DNA of 63,995 nt, filler included, from Octopus bimaculoides (GCF_001194135.2; 8 parts of 6 records of this genome joined end to end with filler, not necessarily neighbours in it); one strand, 5' to 3'; counted from the first letter of the whole stretch, positions 23,600 through 37,273 are shown. Translations and numbers: made by a program. The notes: generated from the sequence alone by a model not told the origin.

Positions 23600-25764
23600 T
23601 TTATAAATTAGACTATTTGTTAAAATAATTATGATGCATAATTTTTTAAAATGTCTACATAGTTTCACAGTCACAGTACAAACCAGCAGCACGAAAATAT
23701 TGTTATCATTCGTGCTATTCCTAAAGCAATTTCGATGAATAAACTTTGTTAATATATTCAGAAGAAAAGTAATGAATCATTGTTAAATACTGAGTTATAT
23801 AAACATAGAGCATTATTTAAACACAGCCGAATTTATAACTTTATGACATAAATGTAAGATATTACAAAAGAAAAAATAAATCTTAACAAGAAATACAAAA
23901 CTGAGGAAATGTAAATTATATCTTTACTGTCATAGGGATTTATGTTCATAAATGGAAAACAATATCAGTATAATGACAGGTTTTTGGTATTGTCAAATTA
24001 TATCAACGAATCTGTAATATCAACATATTATATTACACAGGAATTTAAACCTTAATATAAAGATGATGTATAATACCAAAAAATGTAGGTGTAGTTTCAC
24101 TAACATGTAGATACTACACTCTACTAGAAAATATATCCACAACTTATACATATTGCTCGTGTAAAATATACAGTTCAGCCACCTAACTCCTTATAAAGGC
24201 TAAGCTTTACTGTATCTGATGACCCTTAGTGGCGAACTGACGTATATCAGAAGATGATATTGACTTTTCACTGTAACAAAATATGTCCTTGTCAAATAAT
24301 GACTGATGTTTTATAAGGTTCGTTCATTAAAGAAATGCATTCCACATATCTTGAACAATGCTCTTATAACATATACTTAAATTTGGGGTCATACTGACGA
24401 TATTAAAATCGTCATCGAAAATCATCATCGTACTACACTTGCTTGCCCAGTCAATATGTTTTCTTATACTATCACATGGATACTATGACAGTCTGTAATT
24501 GTACTTCGTGATCTACTTCACTGCTTATTATCTTCAGCCTGAAGCTGCTCATCTGATTGACCATTGATCTTATATTCTTCCATATTCACACTTTTAACTC
24601 CATCCTAGTTTTGACCTTTAGTTTCTTTTACCCTCACAACTCCATCACTCAAGAAATATTTTTCCAAACCTTTTTGAAGTTTTGCAGCCAATCTATTACT
24701 GTATTAGCGTCATAGAGCTGGCGTTGTGTCTGTAGAAGTTATTACGTTCTATCCACTCTCTTCCGATATATTATGTACGTGTTTCACTGTATTTTTGTGT
24801 GCAGATTATAAGTAAACTAGTCGAAGCATACAATTTATATTTTAACTTCAGTAATAAATGATATTTTAAAATAACTAGCTAGAGGATAGTATTGTATATT
24901 TTGTAGAACTGAAAACAGTGCAAGCTCTAAACCTCAATCAAGTTTGTATAAATATAAACCTGCTTTCGGTTGGTAACATCAATCCATAATTTAATGAAAT
25001 TTAATGTTGATATTATTTGCTGCGTTATAGACAAAGTGGAATGGATTCAAGCAGCAATTGAAAACGTGTCACACTTGCAGCTTGCCATGAACGACTATTA
25101 TCAGGTGACTTTTTGCATTTTCTACATTCACTAGAAGCTACAGATTCGGAGATAAACACTATAAATAATTAAATCTGCCCCTGTATATGGCGTTTAATTA
25201 TTTTATAATTCTCATAGTATGTTAAATATAATCTGTAGGGGTTTGAACTCGACAGGTATAAAAATGATGCTGAGTGAAATGAGGTATTATTTTGATATTC
25301 CAACTTCTGTATTTTATGCAAATATTAAGTAAAATGAACTAAATATATATCGTAAAACATACAAAACATATTGAATAGATTTTGTTTGAAAAGAATATTA
25401 GTAAAAATAATCCATTTTGTGGGGAAAGGCAGGGAAAATAATCCTGTCAATATCACAATAACACACTGGCAGATACATTATGTATGATATCTGAACAACT
25501 ACATACATTCTATAGGAGAGCCAAAAATGCTAAAGATATTGCATACAATATTGTATAGACGAATGACAAATGTGATAATGTTTAGAACTTAGATTAATAC
25601 AGGAATAAAAATCAAAACAGGCATTATTTGCTATAATATTCATAATATTTATCATGTCAGATAGGATCATATATAAATACAATAAATCATAGCATAAAGA
25701 GAGTATTGTTGCATAGAATGAGCTGTTTGCATGTATATGCACTTGCATGTATATATATGTGTGT

Positions 25765-25803
<39 letters not shown>

Positions 25804-26500
25804 TGTGTGTGTGTGTATGTGTGTATGTGTATGTGAGTGAGTGAATATGCATGTGAGTATATGTACATTCAAACATACACATATATGCATTTGGTTATAT
25901 AAATGAGAGAAAAAAATACTCAAAACACGTAACAGAGTTTATATATGCAATGGAAGCTAATGATTTGCCTATTTTTCTACTCAGAGTTTCTTGCTACGTG
26001 TTATAATTGCGGCATAAAAATTAATGGAAGAAGTAGTTTAGTAGTATCTGGAATTTCAAAATGCTCATATTTCGATTCCTAGGTTTTGTGAAATACTGGA
26101 CTTTAGAGTTTCTTTCAAAATTTGATCTCACGTCAGTGGCATGTGTCCGACATATAAAATGAATTAAATTAGTATCTCACTTAAAATAACCATTTTCAAA
26201 AGTCTACTGCTCGTATTTCGTATAGTTAACCGGTACTTCCATTTCCGCTGCTAATTTCAGTGCAACAGTCCAGTTTTTGCATAGAGTATGAATTCAGCAT
26301 AGTGATTACATAAAGTTAGAATATAAAATAACTGTAGTAACTAAGCTTGTTTCTATGAATTTCCTGATTACAATGGTGGATGTACATTGAGATTCCTACA
26401 AAACCTATGTTAAAACTAACAGTCAAATTCTATATACTAATTCCAACTTAAGCGGTCCACTATATGTTATAGAACAAATATATTTAGCAATAAGAATAGA
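23600..26500 (+). pseudogene. Putative decayed Toll-like receptor A (LRR-LRRCT-TM-TIR)
   Basis: ELKTVQALNLNQ (24907); KNNPFC (25406-25420); TM-like ALFAIIFIIFIMSDRIIYKY (25621-25680); TIR-like SFCIEYEFSI (26272-26301). The order is right but the frames are broken; the 5' boundary is uncertain. Confidence 0.35.
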
Positions 26501-26608
26501 CCTGCCACTGAGGAAACATGTTTTCATAGACAAATACAGCTTACCAATCAAGTTATAAAACATCAGTTTGTGGACAAATCATGTTAAGCATTTAAATACA
26601 CAAAAAGT

Positions 26609-26657
<49 letters not shown>

Positions 26658-27155
26658 ACACACNNNNNNNNNNNNNNNNNNNNNNNNNNNNNNNNNNNNN
26701 NNNNNNNNNNNNNNNNNNNNNNNNNNNNNNNNNNNNNNNNNNNNNNNNNNNNNNNNNNNNNNNNNNNNNNNNNNNNNNNNNNNNNNNNNNNNNNNNNNNN
26801 NNNNNNNNNNNNNNNNNNNNNNNNNNNNNNNNNNNNNNNNNNNNNNNNNNNNNNNNNNNNNNNNNNNNNNNNNNNNNNNNNNNNNNNNNNNNNNNNNNNN
26901 NNNNNNNNNNNNNNNNNNNNNNNNNNNNNNNNNNNNNNNNNNNNNNNNNNNNNNNNNNNNNNNNNNNNNNNNNNNNNNNNNNNNNNNNNNNNNNNNNNNN
27001 NNNNNNNNNNNNNNNNNNNNNNNNNNNNNNNNNNNNNNNNNNNNNNNNNNNNNNNNNNNNNNNNNNNNNNNNNNNNNNNNNNNNNNNNNNNNNNNNNNNN
27101 NNNNNNNNNNNNNNNNNNNNNNNNNNNNNNNNNNNNNNNNNNNNNNNNNNNNNNN

Positions 27156-27209
<54 letters not shown>

Positions 27210-28425
27210 ATGTATGTATGTATATATTTGTGTATCAACGCGTATGAACAGGTGCGACCATTTATACAAGGCAGCAAATTGGTGTGTAGATAAATAAAGA
27301 ACGTTATGTTATATACTAAAATGAAATAATGAGATCGTGGCTGTCATTCATTTACTTAACACCGGGATTAATAGATGTTACTCGTTAGACTTCAAATATT
27401 GTATCTAATATAGCAAGTAGTTTTTGTTTTTGTGTTTTTTTAACGATTTAGTTAGAAAGTATCTTTGCTTATAATAAGAAGGAATAATAAAAAGAACGAT
27501 ATGAAATATTTAAGAAATAATGAAATTAGTGTATCTAGCGAGAATACTATAACTGTTATACAAACAAAACGAAGTGGGAATTATAACTAAATGAAACCGC
27601 ATGACATAAAAAAAAAGATGACAAATTTTATCTTATAACATACATATGAAGTTTATATCTATGGATACAGTGTTAATAAAAGTGTCTATTGAATGGTGTC
27701 TCTCAATAATACATTAAAAAGACGATTAACAGAATCATGTTAACCTATAACGATAAAAGAGGAAAAGTATAACTAAAATAGTAAGCTATATCAATTACAT
27801 ATATAAATTTGCTATCATGCGTATTATTAATTAAGATAAAGAAAAAGAGATCGAGAAGAAACAGGATGCCAATTATCATTAAATCAGTACATTAATTAGA
27901 AGGTGGCTGGCATTTTTAAGAGGTCGAATTATTGCTGTTCAAAGAACAGCCTAGAGTTTTTACTTACTATTGAATAGTAAAAGCAGTTAGGGATATTGTT
28001 TGCTAATACAGTGGACTTCTGTTGCAATTCCCTCGATTACATTCTAAGGTTTTGGTAATATCTAACATGCTCAAAGCACCGTGTGATGGGATCAAACCGA
28101 GAACTACATGGTTGTAAAGAGAACTTATTGACCACTCGACCATCACTACCCACAATGCTTTTAGTTTTTATTTCATTATTGCTTATTTTTCTCGCTGAAT
28201 CACATGAATAGATATTGGTGTTTTATAATATCTCTTCAAATAAAGTTCAGGTAATACCTTCTTATAATTATTGTAGTTTTCCTTTGTCTTGGGTATGTTA
28301 TTCTTTGCCCTATATTTACGCAGACCTCTGAGGAACAAGGTTTCAGGAATAGTATTTTTAGAACTATGTTATTAAACATATTTGTATTTAAAAAACTAAT
28401 AGTGTGCTTTCACGGAGCGACCGTA

Positions 28426-30450
28426 TTAAAACGCCATCTTTTCTGTTGGTGGTCGATTTGGATTATTAGACCTGTTTTGCTTAAAGTTCCGAACAGTTCG
28501 GTCTACGCCGCTAATAGTAATATTGATACCTTGGTCCGGTGGGTATCCAACTGCTTTTGGTCCATCGAAGTGCCGGAGTAGACGTGTTATTTCACATACA
28601 GGAACACACACCTGCATATATACACAAAATACATGGTAATTACTCTCATCATACAAGCATAGATCTTTGTCAAATTAAAATGTTTCTTTTGCTTTCTTCG
28701 CCGATGACGAAATCTTTCTTATCTATATATAATCTAATCCTTTCTGCAGAGCTGGCGCTTTCTAAATCACTGTTTGTAATTTATATTGCACAAAGCTTCA
28801 AGCAAGTTTCAATGATAATATTGATTTCTGATAGATGTAGAAAGGAGACTTCTTTGGAGAAGAAGACGGGCATCTATGAAAACCTAATTATTTTATGGAT
28901 CCCAGAAGAATGAAAAATTATTAACCTCTTTGGAATTTCAGCTCGACACATACGAGATTGCAATTTTTCCAGTGATGTAACAAACAATTCTGTTATCTTT
29001 CCACCCAAACAATAATTTGAAACACAGACCATGCATTTGTGCGGAAGGAAAAGGTGATGAAATCAAGCTATGCACTTGAACGGTACCTTTTTCATCGACC
29101 ATTGAGTTATGGACTGGTTTGTTTAACCTACTGGGATTCAAAAGAAAAATAACCTCAAGGAATCTTACATTATGATTAAGCAATTCAATATATAAATTAT
29201 AATCCTTAACGATTGGTAACATAAGAATAAAATATGTTAATATATATTCTTTCCTGTTAGCAAACAATGACTAGCATATAATAAGCATTAAGTATACTAA
29301 TAATTAATCATATAGATGCTTGAAGTACTATTTGTAAAAACAGAATTGTATGTGAAATATATAAAATGAGATATGAAAAACGACACTACAATACTACACG
29401 AGCAAATTAATTATGTAAATAATTTTTGTCATTGACCGATTATAAACTGATAAAACCACAACACGTAGTTGAATCCTCGACTCACGCCCAATTTCCTATT
29501 ATCAGAACATTGCAATTTAAATATATCTTTTGATTTTAAGTTGTGCACCACGAAAAGCTATTTGATTTCAATATTCAAAATCTCTTCTTTCGTGTTAAAG
29601 TACCATCAAAAGGAAGAATTGCTACCAATTATTTCAAAAAGTGGAAATAAATATATTTCATATATTTTACATTTCATAGACGAATTGATTAGTATCAGCT
29701 ATGGTTGCTAGAAACATGAAATAAGAGCGTATAAGAACAGTACTAATAGCATATTAGTTAATATAAGTGTACTCGCCACTCGTAGTTCTCTATATATTTT
29801 ATTTAAGGTTTGCTGATGTACGCATTTTTTAAAATACATATGCAGATGATTAATGATAAATGGTTATCTTTTCAATCGTAACATATTTGAAATTAATTGC
29901 TAAAGATCTCCGCGAAATTTTTTCAGCATGTGATGACGTAATATAACACATTTGTAGCTATGATACTTCGATAATGTGATATACATTTATAAGGTTTCAA
30001 AACAGTTAGAGAAAAAGTTAAATATCAATTGTTTGTTTGATAATAATTATTCATCACACGCGGATAAGTTTTGATCAACACCTAACGCTTGCCATTTTTT
30101 CTATGTATTTCCTACATGTCTATACATAGCCATAATAATATTACTTGAATCAACTTAGTTGTAATTTAAGTGGCAATAATAAATTGGAAATCAATATCAG
30201 AAGCAACTGAATAAATAAGAAGTATAAAACGGGAAGGAATATCACGAGTGGACATTGAATTCTTGGCACATTCCCTTTCAATACAAAGATTTGGTGATAG
30301 CATGCAACAAAATTCAAAATAAACGTACAAATTTGTTCAACTTTAGACTGCAGGATACCATAGTTTTGGTGTTTCTGTTGATATTATATTTATTCATGTG
30401 GGCCTTATTCTTCTAGTGGGAGCAATCTACATTATGCACCTCATTTTTTC
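28426..30450 (-). pseudogene. Putative decayed Toll-like receptor B
   Basis: LRRNT-like VDCSH..NRNTKT (~30430); LRR-like LISNMLRLKR; TIR-like LESASSAERIRLYIDKKDFVIGEE..NIL (28694-28765); CLYDE; VPVCEITRLLRHFDGPKAVGYPPD. Confidence 0.5.
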
Positions 30451-30489
30451 TTTGCATTACGAAATAAACAGCAATTTTATTGAAATAGT

Positions 30490-30703
30490 GAGTTCAATAT
30501 TTAGCACAGGGCCAGCAATTTCAGTGACGCTTATAGTCGATTACAGCGATCCCAGTGCTCAGCTAGAACTTACTTTATACACCCCGAAAGGATAAAAGGC
30601 AAAGTCGACCTCGGTGAGGTTTAAATTGAGAACATAAAGACAGGCGAAATGCCGCTAAGCATTTTGCACTGGCGTTCTAACGATTCTGCTGGCTCTCCGC
30701 CTT
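30490..30703 (-). mobile_element. SINE family C
   Basis: Reverse complement of the family C sequence including the AAAGGCAAAGTCGACCTCGG block. Confidence 0.85.
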
Positions 30704-31329
30704 ATTTTGTATTGAAAATATTGACAACAAGAACAAATTGTTTTTCATCTCATTACTGCTATCAGAGCTTTGCGAGCTATTTTATTATTATTAATATTAA
30801 ATTCCAAACAAAGGAAACCAGGAAAAATCTCTCTACATGAATAATTAGAATTACGTGATCCTGATCATTTTTGGAGCACTTGCATTCTAAAATGAAATAC
30901 GAAATAAAATATTTCCGCTACACCATGATATTTTATTATTTTACAGATGTTAGGATTGTATTGCTGGCCCCATTTTCAATGGTTTTATTAGATAATACAC
31001 TTGGACTACTACTTAATTTATTGGCCTCGGGGGAGAAGGAAAAATAACTGATGTGAAAATATACACATATTTTAGGAATACGTAGCTTTCAATTGTAACG
31101 AAAAGGTTTCGAAGCTATCCGAAGAGAGCTAAAGAGAACTGAAAGTTCTAGATGTAGGGCATTAATGCAGCATAGATGCAGTTGAAAGCAAAACCAACCC
31201 ACATAGTGAAATAAATATATAGTATATACTTACCTGAACTAGACGCGCAAGTGTTTACTAATTAGACACTCATAAAAACATATGGAGGTATAGAGCACTA
31301 TAAGCAAGAGTCGTAAAGGTATTTTACTA

Positions 31330-31990
31330 TTTATACACATTGTGGTGTGGATACCGATGATGTAGGGAAATATGGAGAATTTCGGAAACACAAATATATT
31401 ATTACTTCATATATTTTCTTAAACAAGCCTTCCCCACAATCCATAAATATAAGGTATTTTAAGAAGCCAATTTTATGGTGGACTACAACTGTAACTAAAG
31501 TGTATTTCAGCATACCAAGTATAAAAATAAAAAACACATTTTCATTAAAAACAGGCAAACACTGTATTTAATTCTCATAATCTCAATATTTATCTTCTTA
31601 AGGATTAGATCATAAAACTTCCTTTCCACATAATAAAACAAAAGATCATAGCTTACTGAAAATCCTTTTACAAAAACTTTTACAACAAATGTATACATTC
31701 TGAATTACGGAAAGTCCCTTCTGCAATGTACTATCAAAATCTATCAAGAGTTGAATGGATGACATTATTGTGAATTACAAAATCGTTTGGTCCATTATAG
31801 GATGCAAGCTATTTCACGTTAATGGCCACTGAAGGTGTAATCTTTGCTAACGGATCAAAATTGATGAACTTCTTGGTGCTTCATTTTAGCAATCTCGAAA
31901 TACCGCATGATACTACTTCAGACAGTCTAAAGATTCTGCTACCTCAAGGCCTTAAAGACAATCATTCAATAATAACGAAAAATATCATGC
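31330..31990 (+). pseudogene. Possible partial paralog of the 5' LRR part of TLR-like remnant C
   Basis: 31707-31846 is a diverged copy of 32889-33027 (RKVPSAMYYQNLSRVEWMTL versus RKAPFPMY*QNLFGVEWLTL). Confidence 0.25.
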
Positions 31991-31999
31991 TTAAATTTC

Positions 32000-32054
<55 letters not shown>

Positions 32055-32260
32055 NNNNNNNNNNNNNNNNNNNNNNNNNNNNNNNNNNNNNNNNNNNNNN
32101 NNNNNNNNNNNNNNNNNNNNNNNNNNNNNNNNNNNNNNNNNNNNNNNNNNNNNNNNNNNNNNNNNNNNNNNNNNNNNNNNNNNNNNNNNNNNNNNNNNNN
32201 NNNNNNNNNNNNNNNNNNNNNNNNNNNNNNNNNNNNNNNNNNNNNNNNNNNNNNNNNNNN

Positions 32261-32296
<36 letters not shown>

Positions 32297-34011
32297 ACAC
32301 ATTTTACGTGTGTTGTCTGTGGTGGTATGCGGGAAAAAAGGGAAAATAGAAAGTAGGAAAATTGTTTTCGAAATCAGTCCTGGTTTTACTGCCCCTTTTT
32401 CTGGCATCGCTGTCTGTTCCGTAGGTATCACTGCCCGTTTTGCTTATGTCCATTCTGTTGGTGCCACTGTCTCTTCTTTTGGTGTAACTTTCCCTTATAT
32501 TGCTATTACACCGGCTGTAATTTCCATATTGCTTATAGTGTTGTTGTTGCTGCTGTTATTGTTATTGTTGCGGTTGTTGTAGATTTTTGTAGTAAGTACC
32601 TTTCCTTCTGCTTAATTTTCGAAGAGAAGAAGGCTATAGGGTTGTCTATACTACAGCATGTTTAGCACCTATGTTTCAAGCTCTCCAGCATGACCTGTTT
32701 ATGCTTTTGTCTTCCAAGTAGATCCACTCGGAAATTTCAAGTATTTTTCGATTATAACTAGCATCTACTTTACCCTTATATACAAAGACAAGTGCACTTG
32801 CAGGTTACGTTGTAGTTTATAGACTCACCATATATTTTGACCACGGTTATCAGTGTATCAATTCCTGTTTGTGGAGATAAATTTTTTTACGGAAAGCTCC
32901 TTTTCCAATGTACTAACAAAATCTGTTTGGAGTTGAATGGTTGACATTACTAAGAATTATAAAATCGCTCGGTCTAACATAGGACAGGAGCCCTTTCATG
33001 TTAATGGCTTCAGAAGTGTAATCTTTGTCTCTCAGAGAAATGTTATATTATATTATATATTTGCAATTGCGAACGGAAGATGATATAGATAAGTCTTGTT
33101 CATATGTTACTGTGGAAAGCTTTTTTCACAAGTCTTTCACTGTGAAACACAATGCCATGGCAGTCACTTATTTTCCTGGTGTGCTATATAGAAATTTATA
33201 CCTCATCTCAAACATGTTTACACATTTCACGAATCGATCGTTTGCATACGCACCAGCATGGACTTCCCTTCTTAAATGCTGTTTGAGTGTCATTCGGATT
33301 TAAGTCATGTAGTCTTTAAACAAATCCTTATTTTCGATTAATGTAAAAGTTGAATCTCAAAGCAGACGATTGGGCTAAATGGTGGAAGTATACATTTCTG
33401 GTTGCTATTGCTTGCAACGCCCGTTGTTTTTTGTGAGTATTGTTGTTTATCTCCAAGTCACGCTGGATGGAGAAAACCTGCATCCAGGTATTTTATCCGC
33501 ATCTAAAAAGATATCCAATGTGTTCTTTCTATTCCCGAAAGTGCATGTGCGATGAAAATTCTATTTGCATATATGGCTGTCATACTTAAATCCAGGGATA
33601 TGAGGTACTTCAACATATTAGCCTACTTTATATGCCTATGTTGCCAGGTCACAGAAAATTATTTAACTAACAAAAAATAAAAGCCATTTAACCAAAGCTC
33701 TAACCACAAAAAGGTGACCTTTGAGACTGTATTCTTTAAACTTAATGGAAGAATGATACTTTATGCTTGATTCTAGGATAGTGATAGGAAATAATTGATC
33801 GCTTGTATCTTACTGATTAATATCAGTAACATATCAGTGGAGACATAAATATAAGAAGCAGGTGAGCACTCGTAGAAGCATAACTGATACCATAAGAGAC
33901 AATAATGCCTCGCACTTAGCGGAAGACTATCAACCAATTGTATGCCAAAATACCATGCATAACATGTATACAGTTTGTCTGAACGTTTTCTTCGAAGATT
34001 ATTTTGATCAT

Positions 34012-34216
34012 AATATCGATTTCAAGTTTTGAGGCAAGGCAAGTAATTTCGAGGGAAGGGATAGATCAATTACATCGACCTCAGCACTCAACTAGTACTT
34101 ATTTTATCGACCCGAAAGGATGAAGGCCAAAGTCTACCTTGGTAGAATTTGAACTAGAGACGGACGAAATGTCACTAAACATTTTGCCCAGCGTGCTACC
34201 GATTCTGCGGTTCACC
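34012..34216 (-). mobile_element. SINE family C
   Basis: TTTATCGACCCGAAAGGATGAAGGCCAAAGTC and head remnants. Confidence 0.85.
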
Positions 34217-34229
34217 AAGTTCTTTATGA

Positions 34230-34405
34230 TTGAAATAATAACAACACAGCTGTAAAAGCAGCTGCAAAGAATGCAGTTTGGGGATGTACTGAACAACTCT
34301 TGATCAACAAAATCGAGTTGTCAGAAATGCGATGCCTTAAGAGAAACTCCATCACAGTCAACCTGGATTACAAGAAATTATTCGACACTCATCAGCACTT
34401 CTGAA
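34230..34405 (+). mobile_element. R4/Dong-like RT fragment
   Basis: WGCTEQLLINKIELSEMRCLKRNSITVNLDYKKLFD parallels GCKDQLLINK...DYQKAFD at 37274-37646. Confidence 0.6.
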
Positions 34406-35851
34406 CAATCTGACTTCTTCGTGAGTGTATGTGTGTGTGGGCGTGTTTTTCACTGTTGTATGCCTGTTTAGAATATAAATATTGGTGAGAAAAACGGAAA
34501 ACGCTGTGCTGTACAAACGAATGTGTTTGTATCGAGTTAGATACTATATTGCCACTCTCATCGTCAGAAATATTACGAGCCAATGATTGGTAACTCCTAA
34601 CGAACGACACAATTGCCAACAAATTGCAATTTTATAGTGACTAGATATAAAAATAGATGTTAAATTTAAAGAAGCATTTAGCATCCTTCCCATAAGCTCC
34701 AAAATAACACTATCAAAATAAATTAACAACGGTTTTCATTCCTGGTTGAAACAATTTCTCTCCACTGATACCGACATTTTGGAGGATAGCAATAAAACAA
34801 AGCCTTTATTTTGTAGTTAGATTTTAGGCTTTGCTCCCATTTATGAAATCAATATTTCAATAACTGAAGTGCTAAATGTTTTCATATAAAGCATAAGATG
34901 TCTCAGATACAGAAAATGTGTATATGTAATCGAAAAACACAATTAGATTCAGTTTCCAAGTTGAGAGTTTACGATAAAATACAACATTTGTGAACTTAAT
35001 TACTTTCTGGCAGAGATTAAAGGAAAGTCTGTTACTGTAGATTCTCCTAATTAGCTTTCCACTCAAATAATAATGTATTTTATAATCTTTAATATCTTCA
35101 AGATTGTTACCGTTTCAGAATGCATACGCAAAACACTGTATTATATACAACTTACTTTTTATATTCCATAAATTTGGAAAATGTCTTTTATCACTTTGAA
35201 ATCTTCTCATGAATAAGATGAATGGCATAGTTGTTTCACATTATCTTTGGTATGTATTCATTTTAGAGATAACGCCAGTTGTACCAATCTTAACCCATTC
35301 GATTTGAAGCTACTGTCATAATGCATTCGTTGTTGATAAGCAAGTAGCTTTTTTTTTTTAATTTTGAAAGACTAAGACATTTTTAATGATCTTACTTCCA
35401 TGAAAGATGATTCCTAAAACCAAATTTATGAAACAAAAATAGATTATTCATTTTATTTAAAATGATGTGTTCACTTGAAAGCAAAGAACAATACCTCTCT
35501 CCGTATACATATGTGTTTACATTTTCATCTTGTTTCTCTAATGCAGCTATGTTTCATATTACATGCTCTCTGAATGCAACTAAATTACAGAGCTATAACA
35601 AATATATATTTTCCATGAATTATCCCAAATATCACTTTCTAAATTCATTTTAGATTTTATATACTTCCCTTTCCATCTCCAGTGTATATATAGATTAATT
35701 TTCTCAATCAGTTAAAAATATTTTACTCAGTATAAAGTGAGGCTAGTTTAACAAGAGGTTTTCTCTTAATTCTATTAAAATATCAGCATTGTGGCAAACG
35801 CACGGTGTAAAATAGCTGTTCACTTTATATTATAGTTCTTACACTGATTTG

Positions 35852-35925
<74 letters not shown>

Positions 35926-36088
35926 TTATATATATTATTTATAGCTCATAGAACCAAAGTCACATAAAATAATTATATATATAATTATATATGCATATAT
36001 ATGTGCGTCTGTGTGTGCGCGTAGGTGGTTGAGTGTCTATGTGTGTATGTGGTTTGGTTACAATAACACGCACATAGACATGCATACT

Positions 36089-36142
<54 letters not shown>

Positions 36143-36164
36143 GAAAACACAAAGAATGGAGATT

Positions 36165-36706
36165 GGTACTAGGACAAAATCATCCCGTGGATAAAATCCC
36201 CACCAAACAAAAACCTACCGGACAAAATCTCCCGAGATATTGCTCTTTTTCTACAATAGAAATATTTTAGGAAAGTGAAATTTTATAACAGAATTTAAAA
36301 TATTTATTTAGTTGATATTTTTATGTAAAATTTAGGAATAGATATAATAGCTAAGAATATGTTGTTTCTGGGTATTTTTGCACAACTGAAAAAATTCATG
36401 AAGCTGCATCCTTATATTTCTTTCTCGCTGGTTCAGTACCATTACCAGCAATAATCCGAGTCATTTGAACATTTTGAAAATTAATTTCTCGTCCTAAAAT
36501 ATTCACAATTTTCCAGGTGACTGGATAGGAACAACCGGCAAATGATACAAAGCGCCGGTGCCATCCTTCGACAGAATTATTCGTACTATGACGTTCAGCG
36601 TCTGTTCCTGTGTGCATATTCCAAAGAGATATGCTAAATATTGGTTCGGGGGAACGATTTTGTCCTCAGAAAGATTTTGTACTCGGTGGAATTTTGTCCT
36701 GATACC
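36165..36706 (-). mobile_element. Internally deleted Mutator-like (MULE) element
   Basis: TIRs GGTACTAGGACAAAAT / GGTATCAGGACAAAAT built of GGACAAAAT subrepeats; internal STNNSVEGWHRRF..GCSYPVTWKIV from the MULE transposase C-terminus. Confidence 0.75.
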
Positions 36707-36849
36707 TATAAGTATATATACATACGTATATACACATATATAAACACGTACACACACATATACATGCATACACAGACACATGCATACATATGCACACACA
36801 TATACACACGCACATACACACACACATACACATGCACACACATACCTAC

Positions 36850-37010
36850 GTGAGGGTGCGTAGCTAAGTGGTTAGTTGTACTCGGCTCACGATGGTGAGT
36901 TCGCGAGCTCTCTTCCCGGCAGAGCATCGTATCTCTTGAAGAAGACACTGTACGTCACGTTGGTGGCAAAAATAAGTTGTACCTGTAATTCAAAGGACCA
37001 GCCATGTTTC
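36850..37010 (+). mobile_element. Degenerate SINE family A fragment
   Basis: TAGCTAAGTGGTTAG head and CCTGTAATTCAAAGGACCAGCC. Confidence 0.6.
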
Positions 37011-37110
37011 ATTATAAGATATTGTGAGTGAGTAAATTTTCAAGTTGCCAGGATGAACTCCTTGAGAGAAGATGATTGGATCAATTTTGATTTAGTGATT
37101 TGAACAAATT

Positions 37111-37173
<63 letters not shown>

Positions 37174-37273
37174 NNNNNNNNNNNNNNNNNNNNNNNNNNN
37201 NNNNNNNNNNNNNNNNNTTAATTAATTAANNNNNNNNNNNNNNNNNNNNNNNNNNNNNNNNNNNNNNNNNNNN

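Larger units (their letters stand above)
32880..35040 (+). pseudogene. Putative decayed Toll-like receptor C, interrupted by a SINE and an R4 fragment
   Basis: LRR RNLYLISNMFTHFTNRSF (ORF 33025-33303); LRRCT-like CMCDEN/HIWL (33542); post-TM SVTYQWRHKY; TIR-like VFIPG (34732-34746), YEINIS (34842), FWQRLKESLLL* (35005-35040). Confidence 0.55.

Noticed and set aside
24222-24425. Hammerhead-like starts CTGATGA (~24227) and CTGACGA (~24395)
   Set aside because: No valid stem II closing pair or complete GAAA/stem III/stem I arrangement; the second is just a 7-bp hairpin.
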